Source: Bacillota bacterium (lineage in GTDB: Bacteria; Bacillota; Sulfobacillia; JABLXB01). From it: DNA of 64,000 bases. The notes under the pieces were generated by a model, which was not told the DNA's origin, ran no database searches, and saw only the letters and a list, made by a program, of their open reading frames with translations. A program made the translations under genes and the position numbers. This document shows, one piece after another, positions 18,775-28,923 of this stretch (positions are counted from its first letter, which is position 1; every line of letters begins with the position of its first letter). The stretch covers positions 426,516-490,515 of the forward strand of contig JABLXB010000001.1 of the NCBI GenBank assembly GCA_013178305.1, in the 5' to 3' direction.

Positions 18775-20010
18775 TCACCGGACGATGCCGAAGTACATCA
18801 GGATGCCTACGAACAGCACCCCTCCGATGCCGACCGCCAGCAGCTCCCTGAATAGCTTCTCTCTGTCAATGGTATCCGGCGCGGCAGCCATTGCCAGGGC
18901 TCCCAGCGTGGACAGCGGGCTATTTGTCACAGCGTGTGCTCCCTGTACAACCGCCGACACCAGGCTTTCAGGCGGTACCGTGGTCCCGAGCTTCTGGATG
19001 AGCCCGGGTACCGTAGGGATCAGGGTGGGCATCACAACTCCGGAGGCCGAGGAGAATGTCGACATGGCGCCACCAGTCAGGGCCATTATGGCCGCGGCGG
19101 ACCTCGGGGTCATGAAGGAACCGAGGAAATCCGTCAGCAGCTTGATGCCCCCTGTCTTGCCTGCCACGTTGACCATGACGCCCACTCCGCACACGAGGAG
19201 GAGCGTCATCCACGGGACAGCGGCTACCGATTTCTTCTGGTCAGCTACTTTAAACAATAGTAGTGCCGCCGCCACGAGGAACGCAGCCAGTCCCACGTTC
19301 CACTTCAGGAACACGACTGTCAGCACCAGCGCGGCGATTCCTCCAAGGGTGACCAGCTGGTTCTTGTCGAACGGATTGGGCCTGGAGAGCTGCCCCTTCG
19401 TTGAAATCTTCAAACCACCGAAAAACACGTAGCTCACGATACCTATGATGATCTGCAGGATGATCATATTTATCCAGACGTGCATTCCAGTGTCAAGGCC
19501 CTGCTTCTTTGCAAGCTCGACGCCGATTATGCCGGTGGGCGCGATCGGCGAGAGTCCGCCGGCATTGGAACCCGCTATTACCATGAGCGCCATGAGCAGC
19601 GGGCTGATCCCGGTTTCCTGCGCCACCGCCATTGAGATCGGGTGCACGAGAGCGCATACCGAGATGTTGCCGGGGCCGATAGCAGCGAGGACGAATGCAA
19701 GCAGGAAGAAGACTATGGGGATGAGCTTCGCCTGGCCTCGCGCGGCGTAGACCGACTTTCGGGCGAGGAGTTCCAAAGTCCCATTTGTCTTGGCGATCGC
19801 GAACAGCAGGGTTACGCCGAAGAGGATGAAGAAGAGATTTGTCGGCCACCCCGCGATGATGTCATTAGGCTTCATTCCGCCCAGGAACTGGCCAACGACG
19901 AACGCAAACGCCACGCTCACGAGCCCCGTGCTGATGTCGAACGCAAACCCGATGGCTATGGCCACAAGGATGCCGAGCAGGGAAACTAGTGCGACGCTCA
20001 CTTTGCCCAC
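18775..20010 (-). CDS. anion permease of the ArsB/NhaD/CitT (ion-transporter) superfamily; candidate dicarboxylate (succinate) transporter
   Basis: 411 aa with about 12 TM helices and duplicated hairpin-containing halves typical of the IT superfamily. It is embedded between the CoA-transferase and mcm genes. Confidence 0.7.
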   Translation of the reverse strand: MGKVSVALVSLLGILVAIAIGFAFDISTGLVSVAFAFVVGQFLGGMKPNDIIAGWPTNLFFILFGVTLLFAIAKTNGTLELLARKSVYAARGQAKLIPIVFFLLAFVLAAIGPGNISVCALVHPISMAVAQETGISPLLMALMVIAGSNAGGLSPIAPTGIIGVELAKKQGLDTGMHVWINMIILQIIIGIVSYVFFGGLKISTKGQLSRPNPFDKNQLVTLGGIAALVLTVVFLKWNVGLAAFLVAAALLLFKVADQKKSVAAVPWMTLLLVCGVGVMVNVAGKTGGIKLLTDFLGSFMTPRSAAAIMALTGGAMSTFSSASGVVMPTLIPTVPGLIQKLGTTVPPESLVSAVVQGAHAVTNSPLSTLGALAMAAAPDTIDREKLFRELLAVGIGGVLFVGILMYFGIVR

Positions 20011-20047
20011 TCCTTTATGTGGTTATAGGGGTCGAATGCAGGTGGCC

Positions 20048-21238
20048 CTAGACGACGCCTTCCGCTTGGAGCCTGTCGAATTCCTCAACGGAGAGACCGA
20101 GAAGCGAGTTCAAGAGTTCGAAGGTGTGCTGGCCAAGCGCGGGAGCAGGCATCTCGATGCTGCACGGTGTGGCCGAGAACTTCACCGGCACGCCCGCCAT
20201 TTTCACTCCTCCGACGCCGGGTTGCTGTACCTCCACCACCATCTCCCTCGCCTTGATTTGCGGGTCGTTTACCACCTCCTCGACAGTGTTGATCGGCCCG
20301 CAGGGCACCGCCGCCCCCTCCAGGATCGCGGTCCATTCCTGGGTGGACTTCGTCCGGAACACGCCGGCGAGTACCGGCTCGAGCTCGCTCCAGTTCTGGG
20401 TCCTCAGCGGATTAGTAGTGAACCTGGGGTCTTTCCCAAGGTCCGGCAGGCCGATTGCCTCGCAGAACCTTACCCACATCGGGTCGTTGCCGACGGCGAT
20501 GTTTATGTAGCCGTCTTTGGTCTGCATCGCAGTGAAGGGGGTGAGGGATGGATGCCTGTTCCCGATACGGCCCGGTGACTTGCCGCTGGCGAAGTACCTC
20601 GCTATGGCGTTCTCGAGGATAGCCACCTGGCAGTCAAGCATGGCCACGTCCACCATTTGCCCTTCGCCGGTGAGGTCACGGTGACGCAAGGCCGCAAGGA
20701 TGCCTATAGCCGTGAACAGTCCCGCAGTGATGTCGCCGATGGAGGCGCCCACTCTTGTCGGCGGGCCACCCGGGTGCCCGGTGATGCTCATGATGCCGCC
20801 CATGCCCTGCGCGATCTGGTCGTAGCACGGCTTGCGGCTGTATGGACCGGTGTGACCGAACCCCGAGCAGGCCGCGTAGATAAGTCTTGGGTTGACCTTC
20901 CTCAACTCCTCGTAACCAATCCCGAGGTCTTCCATCGTTCCCGGAGAGTAGTTCTCCAGAACGACGTCACTCTTCGACACCAGCTTCTTGAAGAGATCCT
21001 TGCCCTGGGGCTTCTTCAGGTTCAGAGACATGCTCCTCTTGTCGCGGTTCAGGCTGATGAAGTAGACGCTCTCCTTCCCGATGAAGGGGCCGAACTCGCG
21101 GGAATCGTCGCCCCTGCCCGGGATCTCCACTTTCATGACGTCGGCGCCGAGGTCCCCGAGCACCATGGCGCAGTACGGCCCCGCGAGTACCCGGGTAAGA
21201 TCCAGCACTTTGATCCCCGAAAGTGGTCTGGTAGCCAT
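20048..21238 (-). CDS. family III CoA-transferase (CaiB/BaiF/Frc family); candidate succinate:propionyl-CoA (or succinyl-CoA:propionate) CoA-transferase
   Basis: The N-terminus GIKVLDLTRVLAGPYCAMVLGDLGADVMKVE is the CaiB/BaiF signature. The likely start is the second ATG (MATRPL) 7 nt after GGAGGGA. Confidence 0.9.
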   Translation of the reverse strand: MATRPLSGIKVLDLTRVLAGPYCAMVLGDLGADVMKVEIPGRGDDSREFGPFIGKESVYFISLNRDKRSMSLNLKKPQGKDLFKKLVSKSDVVLENYSPGTMEDLGIGYEELRKVNPRLIYAACSGFGHTGPYSRKPCYDQIAQGMGGIMSITGHPGGPPTRVGASIGDITAGLFTAIGILAALRHRDLTGEGQMVDVAMLDCQVAILENAIARYFASGKSPGRIGNRHPSLTPFTAMQTKDGYINIAVGNDPMWVRFCEAIGLPDLGKDPRFTTNPLRTQNWSELEPVLAGVFRTKSTQEWTAILEGAAVPCGPINTVEEVVNDPQIKAREMVVEVQQPGVGGVKMAGVPVKFSATPCSIEMPAPALGQHTFELLNSLLGLSVEEFDRLQAEGVV

Positions 21239-21260
21239 GCCCATTCCCTCCTTTTATTGG

Positions 21261-21400
21261 CAGTCGCGGGGCACAGCAAAGCCTCAGGAGCATAAAGCTT
21301 CTGAGGCTTACGCACAGTCACACTATCACAAGCGCCCCAGGCTGGTGGTTAGGTCGAGTCACACTGTCACACAGTCGCGGGGTACCTTTTGAGGCTTACA
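21261..21400. repeat. repeat-rich 5' region of the CoA-transferase operon with nested direct and inverted repeats
   Basis: CAGTCGCGGGG occurs twice (21261, 21372) and GAGGCTTAC twice (21303, 21391). The GTCACAC heptamer occurs as (A)GTCACACT[A/G]TCACA at 21316 and 21357. A 9-bp inverted repeat AAGCCTCAG-N13-CTGAGGCTT lies at 21279-21309. Confidence 0.45.
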
Positions 21401-21483
21401 TTCGGCAAGACTGACGGAATTCCTGCAAACCCTGCTGATGTCTTCCCCATGTCGCATGGGGCTATGGGTCCTGGCCGCGTTGT

Positions 21484-21915
21484 TCAGTCAAGGTGCATGG
21501 CCCCCAAACCTGCACGCCTGTGGTTTGTGAGAACGTGGAAGGCCGAGTGTCCGAAGATCGCGCATACTATCCACGACCCCTGCCGTACGACGGCGATTTT
21601 CATGGACATGCTGGCGCTCATCGGCGCGTCGGTGAGCAACCCGCGTTCAGCTTCGATCAGGGCGTGGAGCAGCGCGTGAGTATCGGACGAGCGTTTTCGT
21701 ATCACTTCCTGGCTCAGGCACGCGCCTACCACCTGCGGGCCGATCTTCGATCGCAACGCGTCGCTCATCCCGCCGAGTTCAGTCACTGCAAACTTGAGTC
21801 CTCGTACCTTCGACAGGATGCGCTTGACCTCGTCCTCTTCCTCGCGAGTCCTGGTCAGGGCGAGCAGCATCGCAGCCCGCTCGGCGTCTATACCTCCCGC
21901 CACATCGAACGAGAC
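21484..21915 (-). CDS. HutP-like protein (tentative; HutP-family RNA-binding antiterminator fold)
   Basis: About 145 aa. Segments RAAMLLALTRTREEEDEVKRILSKV...GGMSDA...SDTHALLHALIEAERG resemble, from memory, B. subtilis HutP (RIGRLSVLLLLNEAEESTQVEE...GSMDAHKV...ESHALYHATMEALHG). This was not verified by search. Probable GTG start near 21915. Confidence 0.4.
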   Translation of the reverse strand, partial: VSFDVAGGIDAERAAMLLALTRTREEEDEVKRILSKVRGLKFAVTELGGMSDALRSKIGPQVVGACLSQEVIRKRSSDTHALLHALIEAERGLLTDAPMSASMSMKIAVVRQGSWIVCAIFGHSAFHVLTNHRRAGLGAMHLD

Positions 21916-22075
21916 CTTCAGACCGTTCTCCAAACCGGAACCTGGGCTCTGCGCATTCTCATCTCCCATCGTGTAGGAACACCCCCGTCAAATTCTCCAA
22001 CTTATGGTGTGATGGCCGGTGAGTCTCCCGCCCGGGTAGTTCTGCTCGGGAGGCCAGTTTACCTCTCCCGACGGG

Positions 22076-23005
22076 TCAGGGCTCTGCGCCGGGTTCGACG
22101 TGTACCACGCAGTCGATGGAGAACTCTTCGCGCAGGCGACGCCTCACGGCGCCGGCTATGCTGTGGGATTCCTTCACGTTAAGATCCGGAGCCACCTGTA
22201 TGTGTACCGAGCCAACCTTCGTCGCGCCATAATCGTGCAGCACGAACCTGTGCATGTCCTTGACGCCGTCCACGGACCTTACGACCTCGTCGACAGCGCT
22301 GGCCAGCTCGGGGTCCGGACGCTCTCCCATAAGCACGCTGGCCGACGACCAGCCGAGCTTGACTCCGGTGTAGGCTATCAGCACTGAAACGGCGACCCCG
22401 AGTGCGGCGTCCACTTTGGGGTAGCCCGCCACAGCCGAGGCAATCGATACTGACGACAGCGCACTGGCAACCGCGTCGGATCTGTGGTGCCAGGCGTCCG
22501 CCTCGAGCGCCGGCGAGCCGATTGCCCTGCCCAGCGATATCGAGAATCGTGCCATCCACTCTTTCGCGAGCCCGACGGCCAGCAGCACCGCAACCACGCC
22601 GGGGTTGCCCTTAACTACCGCCCCGCCGATTATCCGGCCAACAGCCTTGGACGCGAACTCAAACCCGACGATCGCCAGCAGGATGGCGATGACGAGACTG
22701 GCCATCGTTTCGACACGCCCGTGACCGTGCGGGTGTTGCTCGTCCGGAGGCCGCGACGCCGCCGCGAAGCCTGCGAGAACGATGACGGAGGTGACGACGT
22801 CCGCCGCCGTGTGGACAGACTGGGCGAGCAGCGATATGCTGTTCAACATGAGCCCGAGTGCGGCGTTCAGCCCCGCGAGCAGCACGTTCCCGAGGATGCC
22901 CACCCATGCCTCCAGGTAACCGTATGCGCGTCTGACCCCGGGGTCTTGCGTGTCGCCATAGTCCCCGACGAATTTTCTCAGCAACGCCTTACTGACGAAG
23001 TCCAT
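22076..23005 (-). CDS. cation diffusion facilitator family metal exporter (CzcD/FieF-like)
   Basis: 309 aa with six TM helices, metal-site His/Asp residues (HTAADVVTS, HHRSDAVAS) and a C-terminal cytoplasmic domain. Confidence 0.9.
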   Translation of the reverse strand: MDFVSKALLRKFVGDYGDTQDPGVRRAYGYLEAWVGILGNVLLAGLNAALGLMLNSISLLAQSVHTAADVVTSVIVLAGFAAASRPPDEQHPHGHGRVETMASLVIAILLAIVGFEFASKAVGRIIGGAVVKGNPGVVAVLLAVGLAKEWMARFSISLGRAIGSPALEADAWHHRSDAVASALSSVSIASAVAGYPKVDAALGVAVSVLIAYTGVKLGWSSASVLMGERPDPELASAVDEVVRSVDGVKDMHRFVLHDYGATKVGSVHIQVAPDLNVKESHSIAGAVRRRLREEFSIDCVVHVEPGAEP

Positions 23006-23040
23006 GAGTCATCCCTTTCTATGACCCTGTCCCGCCACGC

Positions 23041-23073
23041 AAAAAGCCCGCGGGACCCCTTGGTCCCACGGGC
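23041..23073 (-). terminator. intrinsic terminator/attenuator hairpin inside the CDF gene leader, 35 nt upstream of its Shine-Dalgarno/ATG
   Basis: Minus-strand RNA GCCCGUGGGACC-AAGG-GGUCCCGCGGGC gives a 12-bp stem with one G-U pair, followed by UUUUU. The CDF gene's GAAAGGGA Shine-Dalgarno and ATG (23005) come next. Confidence 0.55.
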
Positions 23074-23144
23074 TTCCAACCCGCTGCGTTACGCCCAGCC
23101 CCACCGCCCGGAGGCGATCGCCTGCTCCAAAATGACTGATTCCG

Positions 23145-23174
23145 ATTATAAGCTATAGCCTTGCCCCGCGTCCA
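23145..23174 (-). promoter_or_regulatory. candidate sigma-A promoter (TGGACG-18-TATAAT) driving the CDF leader
   Basis: A perfect TATAAT is present on the minus strand (forward attata, 23145-23150). It lies about 100 nt upstream of the leader terminator hairpin. Confidence 0.35.
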
Positions 23175-23239
23175 GCCCGATTGCAGTCGCGTGATTGCAG
23201 CCGCGGACGCAACCACGACCGGCGGGCGGCCGGGCCGTC

Positions 23240-24745
23240 TTAGCCCAGGTGCTGCTTGAGCAGCCGGTTTACCGCCTCGGGGCTGGCCCTTCCACGCGTG
23301 GCCTTCATGACCTGGCCCACGAGGAATCCGAGGGCGGCGGACTTTCCCGACTTGAAGTCCTGCGCGACCTTGGGATTGTCCTCAATCGCCTTGAGCACCA
23401 GCCGCTCGAGCTCGCCCTCATCCGAGATCTGCACGAGGCCTTTTCGCTTCACAAGGTCACCGGGCGTCTCCCCGGTCTCACACATCTCGTCGAATATGGA
23501 CTTGGCGATCTTGCCGCTTATCGTCCCGTCGTCGATGAGCTTCAGGAGACCAGAGATGTGGGCCGGCGTGACCTTCGCCTGCTCTATCTCGATGTCGTTT
23601 ACGTTGAGGAAACGCGTGACCTCACCCATCACCCAGTTCGAGACGGTTTTCGGTTTTCCCGCATCGGTCCCGTACGCCCTGACGCAGTCCTCGAAGAAAT
23701 CGGCCATCCTGGGCGAGACCGTCAGGACGCTCGCGTCGTACTCGGGCAGCCCGTAGCTCTCCACGAACCTTCGCTTGCGCGCCTCGGGCAGTTCCGGCAG
23801 TGTCCCGCGGATCTGCTCGACCCACGCGTCGTCGACGCTAAGGGGCACGAGGTCCGGCTCGGGGAAGTACCTGTAATCGTGCGCCTCTTCCTTACCACGG
23901 AGGGAAACCGTAATCCCCCTGGGCTCGTCCCAGTGGCGCGTTTCCTGTACGACCTCGCCGCCGCTAGAGACGACTTCCACCTGCCGCTTTATCTCGTACT
24001 CGAGGCCCCTCACCACCGAGCGGAAGGAGCCGACGTTCTTCAGTTCAGTGCGCGTGCCGAAAGTCGCCGAGCCTGCGGGCCGCACCGACACGTTGGCGTC
24101 GACGCGGAGCGAGCCCTCCTCCATCTTACAGTCGGACACCCCGGTGTACTGCAGGATGCTCTTGAGCGCCTGCAGGTAGCTCCTGGCTTCCTCTGGAGAG
24201 GATACGTCCGGCTCCGAGACTATCTCTATGAGCGGCACGCCGCACCTGTTGAAGTCGACCAGGGAGAACGACGCCTGATCGATCGCGCCCTCGTGGAGGA
24301 GTTTGCCCGCATCCTCCTCGAGGTGCAGCCGCTTGATGCCGATCCTCTTCTTCGAGCCGTTGACGTCTATCTCGATGAACCCTCCGGTCGCCAGCGGGTA
24401 GTCGTACTGCGAGACCTGGTACGCTTTCGGTAGGTCGGGGTAGAAATAGTTCTTCCGGTGAAACTGGCTGAACGGCTGTATACGGCAGTTCAGGGCCAGG
24501 GCGGCTTTCATGGCGTATTCCACGACCGCCCTGTTGAGCACCGGAAGCGACCCGGGCAGCCCCATGCACACCGGGCAAACCTGCGAGTTCGGTTCGGCCC
24601 CGAACGCAGCCGCACACGAGCAGAATATTTTCGATTTCGTGTTCAACTCGACGTGGACTTCGAGGCCGATGACGGGCTCGAACAGCGCGCCGCCGGGCCC
24701 CGGCACCGTGTACGTGGCCCCCGTGGCCACCGTGTTTTCAACCAT
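23240..24745 (-). CDS. gatB: Asp-tRNA(Asn)/Glu-tRNA(Gln) amidotransferase subunit B
   Basis: [20 protein letters not shown]...[21 protein letters not shown] matches the GatB core, and the protein has a C-terminal YqeY-like domain. Confidence 0.95.
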   Translation of the reverse strand: MVENTVATGATYTVPGPGGALFEPVIGLEVHVELNTKSKIFCSCAAAFGAEPNSQVCPVCMGLPGSLPVLNRAVVEYAMKAALALNCRIQPFSQFHRKNYFYPDLPKAYQVSQYDYPLATGGFIEIDVNGSKKRIGIKRLHLEEDAGKLLHEGAIDQASFSLVDFNRCGVPLIEIVSEPDVSSPEEARSYLQALKSILQYTGVSDCKMEEGSLRVDANVSVRPAGSATFGTRTELKNVGSFRSVVRGLEYEIKRQVEVVSSGGEVVQETRHWDEPRGITVSLRGKEEAHDYRYFPEPDLVPLSVDDAWVEQIRGTLPELPEARKRRFVESYGLPEYDASVLTVSPRMADFFEDCVRAYGTDAGKPKTVSNWVMGEVTRFLNVNDIEIEQAKVTPAHISGLLKLIDDGTISGKIAKSIFDEMCETGETPGDLVKRKGLVQISDEGELERLVLKAIEDNPKVAQDFKSGKSAALGFLVGQVMKATRGRASPEAVNRLLKQHLG

Positions 24746-24751
24746 GGCTAA

Positions 24752-26254
24752 TCACCCCTCCGCCACCATTGCCGGAACAAGGCGGCTCGTGCCTGCCGCC
24801 TGCTCGAACGCGTGAGCGACCATCAGGATCGTGGCCTCGTCGAACGGCCGGCCCATTATCTGGAGCCCAACGGGGAGCCCCCTGTCGCCGCCATCGAGCC
24901 CGCAGGGGATCGATATGGCGGGTACCCCGGCCATGTTGACAGGAATGGAGAAAACGTCTGAAAGATACATGAGCATGGGGTCTGCGGTCTTGGACCCGAT
25001 CGGAAACGCCACCGTCGGCGACGTCGGGCAGGCCAGCACGTCGTATTTCTCCCACGCTTTATCGAAGTCGCTCTTCACGAGGGTTCTCACCTTGAGCGCC
25101 TTGAGGTAGTATGCGTCGTAGTAACCGCTGCTCAGAGCGTAGGTGCCGAGCATGATCCTTCGCTTTACCTCCGGCCCGAAGCCCCGCCTGCGGGTCTTCT
25201 GGTACATACCCAGCAAGTCGGCCGCTTCCTCACGGATCCCGTACTTCACACCGTCGTACCGGGCGAGGTTGGAGGATGCCTCCGCGGGCGCGATAAGGTA
25301 ATACGCCGACAACGCGTACTCCGTGTGGGGCATGGAGCACTCCTCGACCACGGCGCCAAGGCTTTCGAACACTCCCAGAGCACGGTCGATGGCCGCCTTG
25401 ACGCCGGGCTCGATGCCCTGACCCATGTATTCCTTCGGCACTCCGATGCGCAATCCGCGGATCTCCATGCCGAGCTTCTCCCCGTAGTTTCCCCGGGGCC
25501 GCGGCGCCGAGGTGGAGTCCATGGGGTCGTGCCCGCCGATGATGTTCATCACCTCGGCGCAGTCGGCAACGTCCCTTGTCAGCGGCCCAATCTGGTCGAG
25601 GGACGACGCGAACGCCACGAGCCCGTACCGGGATACCGCGCCGTACGTGGGTTTCAGTCCCACGATCCCGCACAGCGCAGCGGGCTGCCTGACGGAACCG
25701 CCGGTGTCGGAACCCAGCGCGTACGGGACCATGCCCGCCGCAACCGCCGCGGCGGAGCCGCCGCTCGAACCGCCGGGGACGAGGTTAAGGTTCCAGGGGT
25801 TGCGCGCCGGGAAGAAGCCCGAGTTCTCGCACGACGACCCCATGGCGAACTCGTCCATGTTGGTCTTGCCGAGCAGCACCTGGCCGGCCTCGCGCAGCCT
25901 GATCGTCACCGTGGCATCGTACGGCGGGACGAACGGTTCGAGTATCCTCGAAGCGCAGGTCGTATGTATGCCCCTCGTGCAAATGTTGTCTTTCAGGGCG
26001 AACGGCACGCCAAACAGGTCCGGCAGGCCGCCGGCGCCGGGTGCGGCGCCCCTCCGCCCCTGTTCGGCCAGGCGCTGGTCCATCTTGCGGGCGCTTTCCA
26101 GGGCATGCTCGCCGGTAACGCGCAGGAAGGCTTTGACCGACCCGTTGAGCCGGTCTATCCTGTCGAGAAAGTGCTCCACAGCCTCGCCGGCCGAGACCGC
26201 GCCGGATCCTATCAGGAAGCCCAGCTGCTTTGCCGTCATGTGGTGCAGGTTTGC
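24752..26254 (-). CDS. gatA: Glu-tRNA(Gln) amidotransferase subunit A (amidase signature family)
   Basis: Amidase signature GGSSGGSAAAVAAG and Ser-cisSer-Lys triad. The likely start is the GTG 7 nt after AGGAGGG; the ORF-track start is a TTG overlapping the gatC stop. Confidence 0.95.
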   Translation of the reverse strand, partial: ANLHHMTAKQLGFLIGSGAVSAGEAVEHFLDRIDRLNGSVKAFLRVTGEHALESARKMDQRLAEQGRRGAAPGAGGLPDLFGVPFALKDNICTRGIHTTCASRILEPFVPPYDATVTIRLREAGQVLLGKTNMDEFAMGSSCENSGFFPARNPWNLNLVPGGSSGGSAAAVAAGMVPYALGSDTGGSVRQPAALCGIVGLKPTYGAVSRYGLVAFASSLDQIGPLTRDVADCAEVMNIIGGHDPMDSTSAPRPRGNYGEKLGMEIRGLRIGVPKEYMGQGIEPGVKAAIDRALGVFESLGAVVEECSMPHTEYALSAYYLIAPAEASSNLARYDGVKYGIREEAADLLGMYQKTRRRGFGPEVKRRIMLGTYALSSGYYDAYYLKALKVRTLVKSDFDKAWEKYDVLACPTSPTVAFPIGSKTADPMLMYLSDVFSIPVNMAGVPAISIPCGLDGGDRGLPVGLQIMGRPFDEATILMVAHAFEQAAGTSRLVPAMVAEG

Positions 26255-26274
26255 CACAATCACACCCTCCTGTA

Positions 26275-26577
26275 TCAAGGCTCCCTGATCTTCGGCACGC
26301 GGAAGAACCCGCCGGCCGAATCTGGGGCGTTCGAAAGCGTCTCGTCCCTCGAGAAGCCCGCCCTGACCTCGTCCGGTCTCATGACGTTCTCCAGGTCCAG
26401 GGCGTGCGACATGGGCGGAACGTCAGACGTGTCCAGGGCGCGGAGCTTGTTGATGTGCTCGAGTATGCGGGACAGCTGCCGAGTGTACGCCTCGACCTCT
26501 TCCTCGCTCAGCTCGAGCCTCGCCAGCCTGGCCACGTGAAGTACTTCTTCTCTCGAAATCGCCAACCAGATCACCCC
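26275..26577 (-). CDS. gatC: Glu-tRNA(Gln) amidotransferase subunit C
   Basis: About 100 aa with ISREEVLHVARLARLELSEEEVEAYTRQLSRILEHINKL. GTG start near 26577; the longer ORF in the track reads through noncoding sequence. Confidence 0.8.
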   Translation of the reverse strand, partial: GVIWLAISREEVLHVARLARLELSEEEVEAYTRQLSRILEHINKLRALDTSDVPPMSHALDLENVMRPDEVRAGFSRDETLSNAPDSAGGFFRVPKIREP

Positions 26578-26614
26578 GTCTCGCGTCGCCGGACTTCGCG
26601 GCGCTCGTAATGTG

Positions 26615-28864
<2,250 letters not shown>

Positions 28865-28923
28865 TTACCCGGCGGTGCCCCCGTGGCGCGACACCCCGGG
28901 GGCGCCCGCTGCGGGCGAGCCGC

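Noticed and set aside
21245-21483. Classic HutP RNA target (UAG-N4-UAG-N4-UAG repeats) downstream of the HutP-like gene.
   Set aside because: Only two UAG triplets with irregular spacing are present in the transcript strand. The region is repeat-rich but does not match the known HutP site.
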